DNA from: the human T2T-CHM13v2.0 reference genome, Homo sapiens
Assembly: GCF_009914755.1 (NCBI RefSeq)
Contig: NC_060934.1
Length of the DNA: 64,000 nucleotides
Direction: 5' to 3' (one strand)
The translations under genes were made by a program, and so were the position numbers. Under the pieces are notes generated by a model. It was not told the DNA's origin, did no database searches, and saw only the letters and a program-made list of their open reading frames with translations. Positions 39,303 through 53,529 of this stretch are shown one piece after another (the stretch's first letter is position 1; the number at the start of each line of letters is the position of its first letter).

Positions 39303-40989
39303 TAGTCTGTGTGCCTTAATCATTGTATATCTTTAGGCAAATATGTTATCTCTTTAGCCCCATGTCTGTAAAACGAGAGGGTAATGTTTGCCTTATGATG
39401 CTCATGTGTTGATTAGACTACCCAAAATGGTAATTTTGTTGAAACATTTAGAAAAATGTGAAGAAGAGTGATACAAATGATGTCTCATGTTTGCATTGAT
39501 GTCATTTCAGATTTTTGCTTCTAAGTATCTTCCTAGTGGCATCATACAGGTGATTTGGCCTAGGTTGGTAGCCATAGTTTAGCTTTTACAAAAGACTAAG
39601 AGTTCCCATAAACATGTGGTTTGGTTCTTTAAGTTCAAGCCTTAGGGAGATAACTATGAGGAGTTAGGGGTCTTTGTAATTAGTCAAATTAATGAGCCAA
39701 AGGCCACATGTGGCAGAGTTATCTATGATTTCTGTAAACATTATAAAATTCTCATGTTACCTTATCTCTTATATATAGGATTCCAGCTGGGCTATGAAAA
39801 ATGGCTCAAACCACCATCTATTCCTCCCATTTATCTCTGAGAAATAACTCAAGACCCTTAAATCTGTTTACTCTCTGGTTTGTTGTAACATTGTAATATT
39901 TAGCTTCATGTCACTCAGTCATAATTAAACAGTTCACATTCATATTCTCCATTATTGGATTTAGTAGCCATTCTTTAGCCACAGTGTGCACTTGGAGGTT
40001 GTTTTGGTGCTTGTTTTTAATAATGCTTTCTTGAACTTCTACAGTAAATACACTTTCCCACTCCACTGGATAGGAGAGGAGTTGACAAGCTGGGTGTTCT
40101 GATATTGGCTGTGCTGATGTTTGCTCATAAATTCATCCAGCAATCTCTTGCGGAAAATACGTTCTAAACTTGGTATTAAGTTTTTGGGCCTATGACCAGA
40201 GTGAACTCATTTTGTGTGTGTGTGTTTGTGTTAATCCTTCCAAGAGCAATAGGTTCACTTGGATAGTTCTTAGATTCTCTTTTTAAATTTCTTGATTAAG
40301 CTGAGAGAGTTCACACTGGAAACTCTTTGCTTTGCTGATTGCTCCAGACCTAATACAAGTAGATCTTCAGGGGAAAAGCAACATGGCTCATCTAAGTATT
40401 TACCTTTATACTGGTGAAGTCATCTCTTGGTGTCTATCTTCATATTTCCCAAAGAACGTATAAAACACATCTTATTTCCTTTCCTAAGTCTGAGGCCTTA
40501 TCCATATATTTTAACTTCAGACTTGAATTTGTCCTTGTCCCTGACCTAGTAAACATTTTTATCAAGAACATGTAAGGAGCTGGAAAAAGGCCTTTTTTAT
40601 TAACTTTCAAAGTATAAAGTTGGAGAGGTCAGAACATTCCACAGGTTTTAGATCATGGTTCCAAGCGGTCCCAGCAAGCTAAAACACTGCCTGACACCTA
40701 TCAGACAAAATTTAATAGGATTGTAAGTTAGAAGTCCTAGCTTTATATTTTCAAAAATCTATTATTGAAGTATGTGCTTGAAAGGTCTGGCTTGGCAGTG
40801 TTTCAAATCAAAGGCATTGGGATATTTTATTTGACTGAGGTTTGATATATACCAGCGTAGACTATAGCTTGGGAAGGTATTGCCAACTTGGATGTGATGG
40901 AGGCTTTGGGTCACATTGTCTTCTTGGGATTCATACAGTTCACCCATCATCTAGAGGACTAGGTTCAGGTCAGAGGTTCATGTTTTAGG

Positions 40990-41400
40990 AAAACCAGAAA
41001 AACTAATGGGGATCTTCAGGAGAGGCACTAGGCTGTTGAGTGTTACGGAAATATTTGGCATAGAATAGAGGAGATTAAGATGGTACATAGAACATTATCT
41101 CAAATAGTTGAAACATTATTGTGGGGATGAGGATGTAGCATTTGTAAAGGAGAAACCTAGGACTATGGTTTAATGGTATAAGGAGGGAAGTTTTGGCACA
41201 ATGTAAAAAGAAAGTTTTATTAAAGGATCTTATTAAACAAAATGATATTCTTCCTTACAAAGATGTGGGTGCTGATTGTTCTGGAAGAGCTAAGAGCAGA
41301 GCTGGAAGACCATTTTTATAAGGCATTGTAGAAGAGATGTCTACGTCTGTGTGGGAAGCTGGACAGGTCAACCTTGCAGGATGCAAGGACTCATTTGAAT
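40990..41400 (+). mobile_element. CR1/L3 3' fragment
   Basis: gaggagattaag...ggagggaagttttggcacaatgtaaaaagaaag...gggaagctggacagg resembles L3. Confidence 0.5.
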
Positions 41401-41799
41401 TCAAATTCATTGTTATACTGAGAATTTCAAAGTTTGCCTATACATTTTCAGTCATTTCCTTGTTTGTATTCAGGTTATTATATAGCATTCTCAGTTAGAA
41501 ATATCACATGGTCACTAAACCTGGATACCAGGCACAGTTTGAGTTTCTAAAAGTTGAATGAGCTTTCATGGACACTGCTGCCGCCACCTCTTTGGGTGTG
41601 CCCTCTGCTTTGCTTTTGTGGTAGTGTCACGGACATGCACTGGCTGATTCTAGCTCTCCTCTCTGGTAACCCTTATAACCAATAAGTGCTAAAAGGACTA
41701 TAGTATCCCTATTGCCTTTCACTGCCCTCTAACTCTTGCTTAAGCTATCTCTGCCCCACCTCCTCTAGCCCTCTTCAGTTCCACTTTCAGATTCTCCCT

Positions 41800-42080
41800 T
41801 GACCCTTCATTTTCTCCTTGCAATGGAAATCCTACCATTTTTTCCAAGGCTCAGCTCAATTCCATTTCCTTCCTAAAGTCACCTCTTTGCTAATCTTCAC
41901 TCATGCTAATCTTCACTCATCCCTTTCTTTGGGACTGATACATCTTTGGAATTATCTAGCATAGTGCTTAATTGTTTTCACATTTTCATGTCTCTTAATT
42001 TTATCTCCCAATCTCCATAGTACGTAATTTGGGATTAGGGACTTTGCCTTACTGAGTACTGCATGAATACATTTTATTGA
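41800..42080 (+). mobile_element. L2 fragment with 16-bp tandem duplication (tgctaatcttcactca)x2 at 41888-41919
   Basis: ttccaaggctcagctcaattcc...; duplication read directly. Confidence 0.55.
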
Positions 42081-45000
42081 TTTACTGATTTGATTACAAA
42101 TATGATCACCACACAGAACCAACTGGCTGAAAAGAATTGTGCCCTGACTTTGGCCTCATCAGCACAAGGTCAAAACTAACCAATTTATTTAAGTATCTAA
42201 AGGATAGGGCATCATGTGAATTATATTAACTATCAAATAAGCCTAGTTTGCTTATTATTTAGACATTCTTCTAAACCCTAATAACCCCTTGTCATCTCTG
42301 TTATGAGGCCAAGGTTGCACGTTTAGAATAGGTTTCTGGAAGGCTAAGCTGCAGAGCCATAGGCAGATGTGCTCCCACTCCTGCAGGCTTATTCACGAGG
42401 TGGAGAAAAATTCTCTTCCAAGTCCCTGGCTTCCCATTGCAAAGTAAAATGATCTCTGGTTTAGAGCTACTCAAAGGGTTAACTTTGACTCCTTCACCAA
42501 ACCCAACTATTTAATGTTTTTAACGGCATAATGTGTTAATAGCCATACAGCTGTTGTTTCTCAGCCTCTTCCTTTATTGAGTTAGACACCATTTAGTAGG
42601 CTGAGTTCAAATTGTAAACAAATTATTTTTGCATATGGATCAATGGAAATTTAATAAAGTTTATTAAAACAGTATATTGGACCAAGGAGTGCTGTTTTCT
42701 CTCATGGATATAAACCAACCTCATTAGACCAACCCATAGTAACAGAATTGCAGGGAAGAAAGTATTTCTGGTCATTTAAAGATTATTTTGGTTCAACAGA
42801 TGGTGACTAGCATCAGAGTATAGTTTTTCTTGTTTGTTAATTCATTTGCATGAACATATTTGATGGATACCTAGTGATCCCAACATGCTTGATTTTAGTG
42901 CCTAGTGTGCTTTCTAGCACATAGCAGGAAGTTGATAGAGTTGTCACAGAGGGGATTGTGATCTCAAGTGCAAAGAAGTGGCGTGAGATGCTGAGAGTCA
43001 CACAGCTGTTGATGGGCAGAGCCATGGAAGAGCCTGGAGCTCTGAGCTCTCAGTCCAGTGCTCCTATCACTCACACAATGGCCCTCCCTTGATTCACTGC
43101 CTGTGAAATGTCTTAAATGATCCGCAGATACCTTCTGCCTGTTCTCATGGCAATCCCAGTTTATGTTGCAATAAATGTTATCTTAATCTCAATTGATTGA
43201 CGAGTTCTTAAAATAACAGCATTACCAAAGTTCCCACTCACATTGTAAATCGCAAATATTCCACTCTTTGGAAAGCATTCAGGGTGGCTAACCACTATTT
43301 CAGATATGGCTTGGGCAGCCCCACTCTTGTAAGAGGTATCTGAAGGGGCTTTTACCAGAAGGAGCTAAATGGTTATCAGATAACTTAGAGTGGGATACAG
43401 GGAATTTGTAGTAAAGGCCTAGATTCCGCAACACAAATACTGACTGCCCTGTGGATTTGAAGTTAAAGCAGAAGAGAACTAAGATGGGCCTACTTTTTTG
43501 GCCCTGAGTGACAGCAGTTGGCAGAAGCAACCCTTTGGGGTAGTAGAACAAGCTTGGAGTTGTTCATTCCAGCTTCCTTGTGTCAGAGTCACTGTTAAGT
43601 AGGAGGTCGTTCTGTTCGACTCTGGTTGGAATCATTCTGTGTCTGGGGGCCTGTCGTTTCTGTCATTCTTCCTGGAAAGTAGAATCCTAAATATGGGCAG
43701 CTGGTTTGGACTGAAACCTTGGTGACTTCTGAAAGTTATAACAAATGGAAGTCATTATCACCATTGCCCCCCTTTACCTTTGTGCTACTTGAGGCAGAAA
43801 ATGATTTCCCCCTCCCCCGGTTTGTTTTGGAGTCTTTCATCCAGAGAGAAAAGGATTAGCCTATGGCTACAATAGAGCTTTCAGGGCCTTTTGGCGTGCT
43901 GCAAATGTTTACTTATCCAGGTACAAATAGGTAAAAGCACATAGTTAAAGCTTCCAGCTGCAAGGTCATTTACCTTTTTAAAATGCAGCCGCATGTGCCG
44001 ACTGAAGTCGAGGGCTTGCTGGTATGAGCCATTAACTGCCTGTTGTACGTAACCTCTCCTTGTCTTACACACAGCTGCGTGCGAGCTGCTGGTGCCATGC
44101 AGCCAGCCCACCATGCATGCCTTGCGAGCAACAAAAGCAGTTTAACTTGTGATCACTGATCATATGATCCACTTACAGGGTGCAGGCTCAGTCAAGTAGA
44201 ACTGGTAAATCATTAAAAATGCGCCTTGATGCTATGCCTGCTGAGTAAAACATCATGCTAACATCTCTGCCTCCCACCCCCAACCAGTTAGCAGCATAGG
44301 GAAGGAGCTGGTACCAGCTGCATATTGGAGAAATCCAGTTGGCTGAGCTGGACGTGGTGAGAGATTGTCAGCTGCTTCCAAGCAGCATTGGAGAGGAAGG
44401 CAGGAAGACAGAAATAATCTGGAGTGGCTGCCATCCTCTCTCCTTGTCCTTTACTTACTCATTAACTGAGCCTGTGCAAAGGGCCTTCTGTGTCAGGCCT
44501 GGTACTAGTGCCTAAATTACAAAGGTAGGAGAGGAAATGAACTCTGACTTGGAGACTCTCAAAGTCTGTCAAGAACTCAGTCACCACCAAGTACTTTCAC
44601 ATAGGCACCCATGACGTGCCGTGCAACCCTAAGAGGCCTGGGGTAGCCAAAGAGATGATGCTTAAGCTGAACCTTGAAGAGTGAATAGAATTTCATCAAG
44701 GAAGCATGTAGTTAAAGGAACAACATGGGCTGTGCCTTAAAAAGTTACTTTCTAGAATTCTTTCTTCCATGAAGCATACCATTCTACTCAGTTTCTTATA
44801 GGTTTTAACAAATTGTTTTGTGACTGTATGATGGAAGGTCCAATGGATCCTCTCTTCTCTCCATCATGTGGGTCTAATTGTTTCTGGCATCATGTTACTC
44901 AGCTATATAAACCCTTCTGGGATGGGACTGTATCTCTTCAGTATTCTTGATTTTCCTTACAGCTCCAAAAACTTGGGGAGTGGGTATTGTTGGTTGGCCA

Positions 45001-45176
45001 CCTTCTTCCATTTTCTTGATTAGAAATATTTTCTTTGACTTATTTTCCTTAGAAAATAAGAAATTATTAAATTAGAAATTAGTTGCTTTCACTTTTAACT
45101 AAGGCAATGAGACAGAACATACCAGATAGATGTTCCTCCTGCATATACGTCAGGAACATCTGCTGTTAGAGAAGAG

Positions 45177-45177
<1 letters not shown>

Positions 45178-45216
<39 letters not shown>

Positions 45217-45231
45217 ATGCACGCACGCGCA
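45178..45231. repeat. (GT)18 plus GCATGCACGCACGCGCA, an alternating purine-pyrimidine tract
   Basis: Counted directly. Confidence 0.95.
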
Positions 45232-48200
45232 ATATGTTTTAAGTATATTGTGTGTGTCCATATGTTCTGGGATATTGAGGTTTCTCAGGAGTCCTGCAGT
45301 TTGCATGGCTGATACAACCTTTAAAAATGACTTGGACTTCCAGAGGCTCTGGAGAGTAGGTTTAATAAAATGTTCATTCCTTTAGATGTGAGACTATGCC
45401 ATTTTACTTTATCTAGATACACCACTGTCTTCCAGTTAATCATAGCCCTTAAATACCTTCTTTTGCTTCTCAAAAGGTTTTACCTGGACCCAGAAGTTCA
45501 TACAGAAGCTAAACTTTGGGAAGAGGTCAGATGTGGAATCCGTGCTCCCTTCCCTTTTTATACTTGCTCTGCTCTGCTTGTACAATGAATGGTCAGTTAG
45601 AATGCCTTTGAACCACCCCCCTTCCTTTTTTTTTTTTTTTTTTTATGGGACTCATTCCTGCAAGGACAGTTGTTTCCTGCAGAATAACTTTCTCATTCCT
45701 CTCAGGACTACTGCCTGGGGGCCAAAACTTGCTAATTAGAGGGTTGGAGGAATCTTCGCAATCTGCTGTCTTCATTTTCAACACCAGTAAGAGCTAACCT
45801 TTGGCTGGTTGTAGGAATGAATGAGTTTTGTCCTCTAGAAAGATGTCCGTCTTCATTGTACAAAGAAATGGAGGCCTGAGACTCAAGCTTTGTAGGATTA
45901 AGATTCAGATAAAATCGGACAATTTGCTCAGCTTTCTGCTTTACATCTTTGTAAAGGAAATAATACTTCCTCATACCTCCCCTAACTTCAACCCAATCTC
46001 TAAAGAAATGAGAGAAACTCTAAATCTGTTCTAAAACTAGGGGTAGTCATGGCATAATAGGTATGAAAGATCTGTTCTTATCTCTTCCTTGTATAGGGGC
46101 AGATATATAGTGGCAGAATTGAGAATAAACCAAACAATTGAGTGTTTTCAGTAGAAACTGATATATGACTAACCATGTACCTATGAACATATTTGATTGG
46201 TGGTATTTAAAGAGTTGTAAATATTTCTCATTAAAAATAGACTGTGAGATCTGTAGTCATCAAAGGTGGGATTGCCACTTGTGGAGGTAGAACTTTGTTT
46301 TATTTGAAATCAAGAAAAGTTGTGCAGCTACATTTGGGGACACTCTGGGTTGTTGGCACAAAATTTAAACTCAGGCTATCAGGAAATTCCTCAGTGGGAA
46401 GGCATTTCACAAAGTCGAGATATTATCCATTGATCATGGTAGGAAAGCAGGCAAGAAAGCTGTGTTCTATCCTGGGCAAGCCATCAATGCCTGGGGAAGG
46501 CCCTTTATTTCCGTCTCTGTGTTCTCATCTGTCTAATAGAGAAGTTAATACCTTTCCAACATACTTCACATGTGAAAATCAGACAGTGTAACAGGTTCTC
46601 TGTCTTTCTCTCCTGGAACAGATGAAATCTCTTCCATCATTCAGACCCTAGGCTGTTTTGTTTGGACTCTCTTCTATGGGCATTTGCCCCAATCCCTTTT
46701 TCTATGGTAGTTATTGACTTATCTCATTTCCTCCTACAACAGTGTAAGTTACCTTAATTTGCAACAGTTTACTCCTCTCAACATGGTGCAAAGAGCACAG
46801 CACTTGCATCAGGAAGCCCTAGGAATATAGAATCAGAATGGAATTCTGTGATGGAATCCAGGCACTTGGTTTCCCCAAGAATACCATTGTAGGATTGTTC
46901 TATCTGCCCCACCATCTTGTTTTTGGGAGTTAAACAGGAGGGCTTATGGGAACATGCCAAGTACATAGTACATGCTTAGTAACCATTAGGCTCCTTCCCT
47001 TAGTTCTTTGCTCATAGTGGCAACTTAATATATGCTTTTGGACCAATCAAATTTTGACAATGAGGAGGAAATCCATGCTATTTGTTTTTTTTCCTTCTGG
47101 TTAAGATGTTCAGGAGAGAAATAGCCCTGCCCTCAGTTATATTAAAAATTTAAAAAATTACCATTTCAATTGTTGATACAAAGTATTTTTGAGGTCTGCA
47201 GAAGACACAATGCAAATTTTATTAAGTTACCATTATCCTTGTCAGTGAAATTAGAGCATGTTTCTAATCAGTATCTTCAGCAATTACAGACAACAAGGAA
47301 ATAACTCATGCTGTTATATGAAACAGCTTATAAATTTTTACATACATGTGAGAGGAATCACTTGGAATCCAAAGCTGCCAAGAGGAATAATTAGGAACCA
47401 CAGAACAGATCTTGGTAATGTGACAGCAGCTTCTAAAACATCCCACAGGACGAAGAAGCGCAAGCTGGCTTGACCTATATCTTTAATAATACAGATCATT
47501 GCCCTTGGATTGAGGCTAAAGGGTAGGACCAAGTGCTTGCTTCATCACGTTTTAGGAAAAATTGCCAAAGTATATTTATGAATTCACCACACAATGGCCT
47601 CTTGCTTTGATTATGAACTGACGGATCTCTCTAAGTAGCAACTCAGCATGCAAAATTTAAAACAAAAAAACCCACCACAGAGCATAATTTCTTATATTCT
47701 GTCATGCTTGGCAAAAAGTATTATGTAAGACCCAAGTAGACAAATGGCTGTTAACAGTAGAAATAACCTTTTGTTTAATTAGAAAATAGGAGCTATATGG
47801 GACAATAAAAATGGTTACTGATGCCCTCTGTCACTGTTTAATAAATACGATCGCGCTAGAGATAATGGGAAGTGTTATTTATTTGTGCAATATCACAGAC
47901 TTGGTAATTGTTCATGTTGTTGAGCATTTTCCTGTGTGGAGATCACAGTAGTTTTAGAATTTGTTTCCTTTGATCTAAGAAAAGGAAATAGCAAGTTGTT
48001 TGCTTAAAATGTTCATGGCCTCCCTAGGCTGGAGTAAAGTATCTGCATATTTTTAGCCCCTCAGTTTTGAGGACAGAATCTCTGTGGCGTTGTCTGATGC
48101 ATATTGAGAACTGGTGGGTTATTTTGAACTGGCTCTATTTTTTTTTTCCAGAGCGCCCTCAGGTGCTCATGGAACATACTTCTCAGCAATGCCATTTCAT

Positions 48201-51200
48201 GTTCAGTTCAGATTTTCCAGCACAACTAAATTTAGTAGCCTTGCTGGAGGGAGGAAGTGGAGCAGAGCTACCTACCTGAGGATGTGTTCATGGGAAGAGA
48301 AAAATCTCCCTGTTGCTCCATCTTGAGAACCAGCATATGGGATGAAGATCAGACTGAATTTCCACAGCATGTGTTTCACTATCTTCCCTGGGGGGTGGTA
48401 AGGAGAAAAGGCTGAAGGTGTTGGCCATGTTTCAGGGTCACTTCCATTTTGTGTTTACTGTGAACACTTTAGTTGTGAGACTGTGCCATGTATTTGGGGT
48501 CATCTGGCTAGATTTATTTCATTGCACATGGCAGTTCACGCTTGGTTTCTTTTTTTTGGGGGGTGGTGGTGGGGATTCTGTTTTCTTTTGTATTGTGATT
48601 GCTGGAGTGGATACTCTTGTTTCTTGCCTTTTAGAGAAAATGTTTGTGGTTTGTGATATTGGATGATTTATTTCTTATTATGGCAACCTAAGGATTTTTC
48701 ACTGTTGACTTTGGTGATTGTGAGATATTTCCTCAGACCCTGAACTAACACTTGATTCTTCTCATACAGAGAAATCCACAAAAATGAGATATGGCACAAA
48801 TTTGTATAGAAGTGTTTTGTGTGACCACTTATTTCTGCGAGTCCTAAGTAGCCCTTTCTAGAAGGTTTCCATGTAATACCTTTATAAAAATATAGACAGT
48901 TTGTTAAAAGGAAAACACAACGCAACAAAACCCCTTTTCTTCACACAATTCATTTTAAGCTTCAAAATCCCTGAAAATCCCCAATCTCCTTTTGCAGTCT
49001 GGTTCCCACTCTAACTTTCCTCATCTCCCCCTGAAAGAAAGAAAAAAGCATTTCTTCCAGGGACTGATAAGTTGTAGGCCGATGCTTAGCAACAGCATTC
49101 CTGTGCTTTAAGTAGCTGCAAGCCCCTTGCTGAACTCTTTGATGTGACTGTCAGGGCAGATTTATTTTGTTTTAGCACATTGTCTACTTGTCCAGATGTA
49201 TCAGGAGATAAAAAGGAGTCATGTTTACACTCCTCCCTTTTTTTTTTTTTTTTTTGGAGATGTAATTAAATCGTGTTTTTGATGAGTCTTGGGGAGCTCC
49301 AGTTGAAGAAAACAGGAATTGGCTGGAGTAAAGGGAAGAATGAAAACTTGCTTGGCAGAATGAACACCTGACTGCGTCAAAAAATAAAGCATAAGTACCA
49401 GCTGGCGTGGTTCTGTGAAGCTGGAGGTTTTGTTCTGAGTCATTTGTTCCACTTCTGTGGAAGTCCAACCAAGAAGAAGGGAGAGGTGCCCGTCCAGCGC
49501 TCACTTGCTGGGCACTATCTGTGAAACCTCTAGCTCTCAGTGATCTCTTCTTTCTTACTGCACACAGGCGCGCACATGAGGCCTTAACTCCCTTCTTCCT
49601 CTATCATTTAGTGGGTAGTACATCTGTGATAGATAGTTGTCAATCTAAGCTAATAAAATTGTTGAACTCCAGTGATCTTGAATAAACAAATCTTCACCGA
49701 GCTGGATGAGTTGAATTCCCTGGGAATGGGATTGCCACTCTTTTTTTTTTTTTTTGGTGATCAGTTTTTTAATGTGCACATTTAGTAACACCATTCTGAG
49801 TTCTATTAATGACCTGCAGTGAGCAGTGACAAGCAGGAATATGACATTCAGTACTGCTGAGGACCTGCCAGGCAGCGGCTAACACGCTCGCTTTCATCTG
49901 CAGCTCGGGAGACACTCTATTTGCATCCTAAATAGGTTACACTACAGCACCCCCTTCTGCCGACTGAGCTGTGTGACAAGAAGGCCTCACTACAACTCAG
50001 TTTTCTCCCCTGATGACAGCCCTGAAGGCCCTTTCACGGCTTTCTCTAACCTTCCTAGCCTTCCCCTTTGGTCCCTGGAGGAGCACAACAGTGACTAATG
50101 GTGTGCGTACCTGCACTCCTGGGGGCTTCATTTGGATTATACTTTTAATTACTCATTCGTCAGAGGAAAGGAACAAAAACCATCCATTGAAGGAGACAGA
50201 AAGATGGGTATAACAAAAAGAAAGCTGAGCCAAGCAGGTGCTACCTTAGATCACTCCTGGCTGGGGTCCCTCCTGCCAGATCCCAAATCCCAGACAGACG
50301 CCACTGAATGCATCTTAGAAACTACAGGCTTGGTTTTGTGTTTCCCATTTGTAGCCCAGTCTGAAGTACAGGAAGGAGGTTTTCCTTTGTTTGTTCTAAA
50401 CACCTTTTGGATGACTCCATTTGGCAGAAGCGCACCTTAAACTTGTAGTCCTTTCACATACGAGAAATCAACTGGGCTCTGCTAGAAAGGAGTGTCCACA
50501 TGGGGAATTTTGGAGGGAGGAACTATGCATGCCACCTGTCCAACACTGAGAAGCCCTGTTTGCAGGGGTTGGGGTATGGGGTAGAGAGCTCCCATCAGAG
50601 GACAGTGCAGAGGCTGACTTAGCCTGGGAAGATGTGGACTTATTGTTATCCTCCACCCTTGGAGGCCAGGGAATGCTATTTGTTCAATATTTTAAGTTCA
50701 TTTAATTTACCATTTAGTATTTATCGAGAAGATACTATGGGCCACCCAGGTGGAGTAGGGCGCTGCCCTCAAGGAGCAAAGTGTCTAGTAGGGGGACAAC
50801 TCAGGCAAAGCATGTTGGGAGGGAGTTAGGAAGGAAGACTAGGCTTTGCAAAGATCTCCAGCAGGATGGGGCACAGTGCCCTGCGGGAGCAGGAGAACAC
50901 CACATGATGACTCTCAGGGTGAGGAGTGAAGGCAAAAGAGAGGCTGAGAAGGCAGGGGCTGGGGCAGAGGGCCTTCTAGGAAATGGATGGTGCTCTTTGC
51001 TTACCCCAAGAGCAAGGTGAATCACTACGTTTTTAAGCAGAGGGGCCCCAGTTTCCTTGTGAATCTTCGTGGAGTCCTTTGAGCTCTGTAACCATCTGGG
51101 TTACAGGTCTTCTTTGTGTGTCTCACTACCATGCCTTACCCTTCTGTAATCTGTCTGTGCAAGTGCACTTGCAGGATAAACCCAGGAGCTGGAGAAAGCA

Positions 51201-51324
51201 GAGGAGTTTCTGTGGCCGTGTTTACCTTTCAAAACCTAGGAATCCTGGATATGGAATAAGAGAAAAGAGGGCTTGTAGCATGTGTGGGCCCTTTCTATCT
51301 TATAATTGGTACAAAAGACAGTAG

Positions 51325-52001
51325 ATGGTAGAACGGAGTCAGGAAAAATGTTGGAAAATGTTTTAATGGATGAAAACTCATTTGGAAAGTAACCTCAAAA
51401 CATCTTTTTTCTTTTTCTTTTCTCCCTCCCTTCCTCTTTCTTTCTTTCATGGTCAGGACATTGGACTGTCCTGAGCAAAACATATACCTAGAATGGGATC
51501 TCCCACCCAGGGTAGGTTCATGCATACTTTGTCAGTGACTGAGTCCCTCTAGACCACAATGTGTTTGAGAGTTGAAGACTAAGATGGGCACAGGGTAGTG
51601 TTTCTTTAGAAAATAAACTTAAATTTTGCATTTCCTTTGGCTTCAGGGAGAATAAGGCTGCTAGAATGGTTAGAAATATTGCACAGGACATCAGACTTAC
51701 TGATTATGATACTTGATTAGTCATTTTTCTTGTAGTAATCATATATTTGGGTCTGGAATCTCTCAAGGAAATAGCTTCACACATATGTATACGTTTAGAT
51801 GAATGAAACTTTTGATGTTAACAGTTATTGATAGTATAAAGCAAATAAAAAAGGCCTCTTTCAAGAACGGCTCTGTGAATAATTTACAGATAATTTTGAA
51901 AAAAGAAAATAAAGGAGAAAAGATTTTTGGGGGTTATTTCTCAAATGACTTTCCATCTATTAAGCTATTTTCCACCATTTCCCTTGGCTCCAATCTACTA
52001 T
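51325..52001. repeat. Degenerate 84-bp inverted repeat pair (51325-51408 and 51918-52001)
   Basis: Manual ungapped alignment gives 64/84 identities. Confidence 0.85.
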
Positions 52002-53529
52002 ATTAACTATATTTTATAATAAACACATTAGTATTGTGAAAATTAATATTTAATAATGTAGAGTCCTTATCTAGAAAAGTTAAGTTCTTATCTAGAAAGG
52101 TACACAGGCTGAGGATTAGTATTAACTTTACAAAGAAAGATTGGGTTTGGAACTCAGAGTTTTTTTATATCCTTATCCTCTCCTCTGCAATCAACACATA
52201 CACACATACTTTTGCATACTGCAGCCCTTTTGGAATTCCAAATGTTAGCATCCAAGCTTCATGGTTCTTCTTCAGATTTTAGCTATCCTGATATAGACAC
52301 TGAGAGCATGTGGGCTCTAGCCCAGAAGAGTTTTAGCAGCCTAGCAGAGCATTTGTACATATCCCCCTTTGGTTGCTATAGTGGGTGCTGTTGAATTGCT
52401 AAGCAGAGAATCCTGCCTACTTTCTTTGGGTCTCTTGGGGGAAATGAAACTCAAGTGTAGCAGCTAGTCCTAAGTCTGTAGGTCTTCAGTTCCACATCCT
52501 AAGTCACACATGACATGGGGCATGGATCTTCAGGGGCTTACCTAAGCTGTCCAGGACACATTGTCCTCATCCTCAACACAATGAACCTGGAGTCTTGGAT
52601 ATATTCAAGGCAAACATCCTTGGCATCTCTTTTAGAAATAGGCCTGAAAGATAAAGAGGGCCGAGTGATAGAGTAATGGGGAAATGCTTTTGGAAAATGA
52701 GAGATGCACATTAGAATTAATTTTCCCATACCTTTGAGGTTTGCATATGTCAAAATTAAAACTTTTTAGACTGTTGTTCCCAGAGGACTTCCTCGTGCTA
52801 CTCTTTTGTACTGGTCACATATTCTCTTGTGGTATTATCTGTTTAATGTGTGGACAAAATGTGTATGATGTCTCATTCCCAGAATTGATACCAGTAGTTG
52901 CTTGACACATGCTAATTAGTAATTAAATATACTGTATTACTCCTCACTTAAACAGAACATACCACACTGAGTTTAACTTTATCCTGTTGACATATATATG
53001 TGTGGAGGAGTGGAGGAAGCCTGGGGTGTCATCATTTCAGAGGTCTGTTGCAGCATCTTGTGGTTCAGCTCTTAGTCTAGCTTTTTGTGGTTGTTTCTTT
53101 TTCCATGTCATACTGTGACCCCAGCAGCTACCCTTGCCTACCCCTCATGTTGCTCTATTTAGATGCCTGTGGCTGTTTTTAATCTTCTGTGGGATACCAA
53201 AGCTTAGAAGAATAAAATTGTATGATAAACCTGCCTGATGTCAACTAAGATCCTGAAAGGTATAAACTTTATGATATCTGCAAGACCTCGTGGGGAGGGT
53301 TTTCTGGAGGTGGAGGCCTTTTGTTGATGTTGATGTCAGGATTGAGCCACTGCATAATGAGTTCAGTTTGGCCTAAAGATAATGATGAGATGTTTTGAAT
53401 GTCTGGGATGCAGTGAGGGGCTCCTGAAGACTTACACAGGAGGTCGTCTGCTTTCGAAGGGGAATTTGCCCTTTTGGCCTCTTTGGTGTCCACTACACTG
53501 TATTCTGGGATAGACCTAACTCTGTGGAA

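Noticed and set aside
44306-44319. 14-bp palindrome AGCTGGTACCAGCT
   Set aside because: About four such palindromes are expected by chance in 64 kb.
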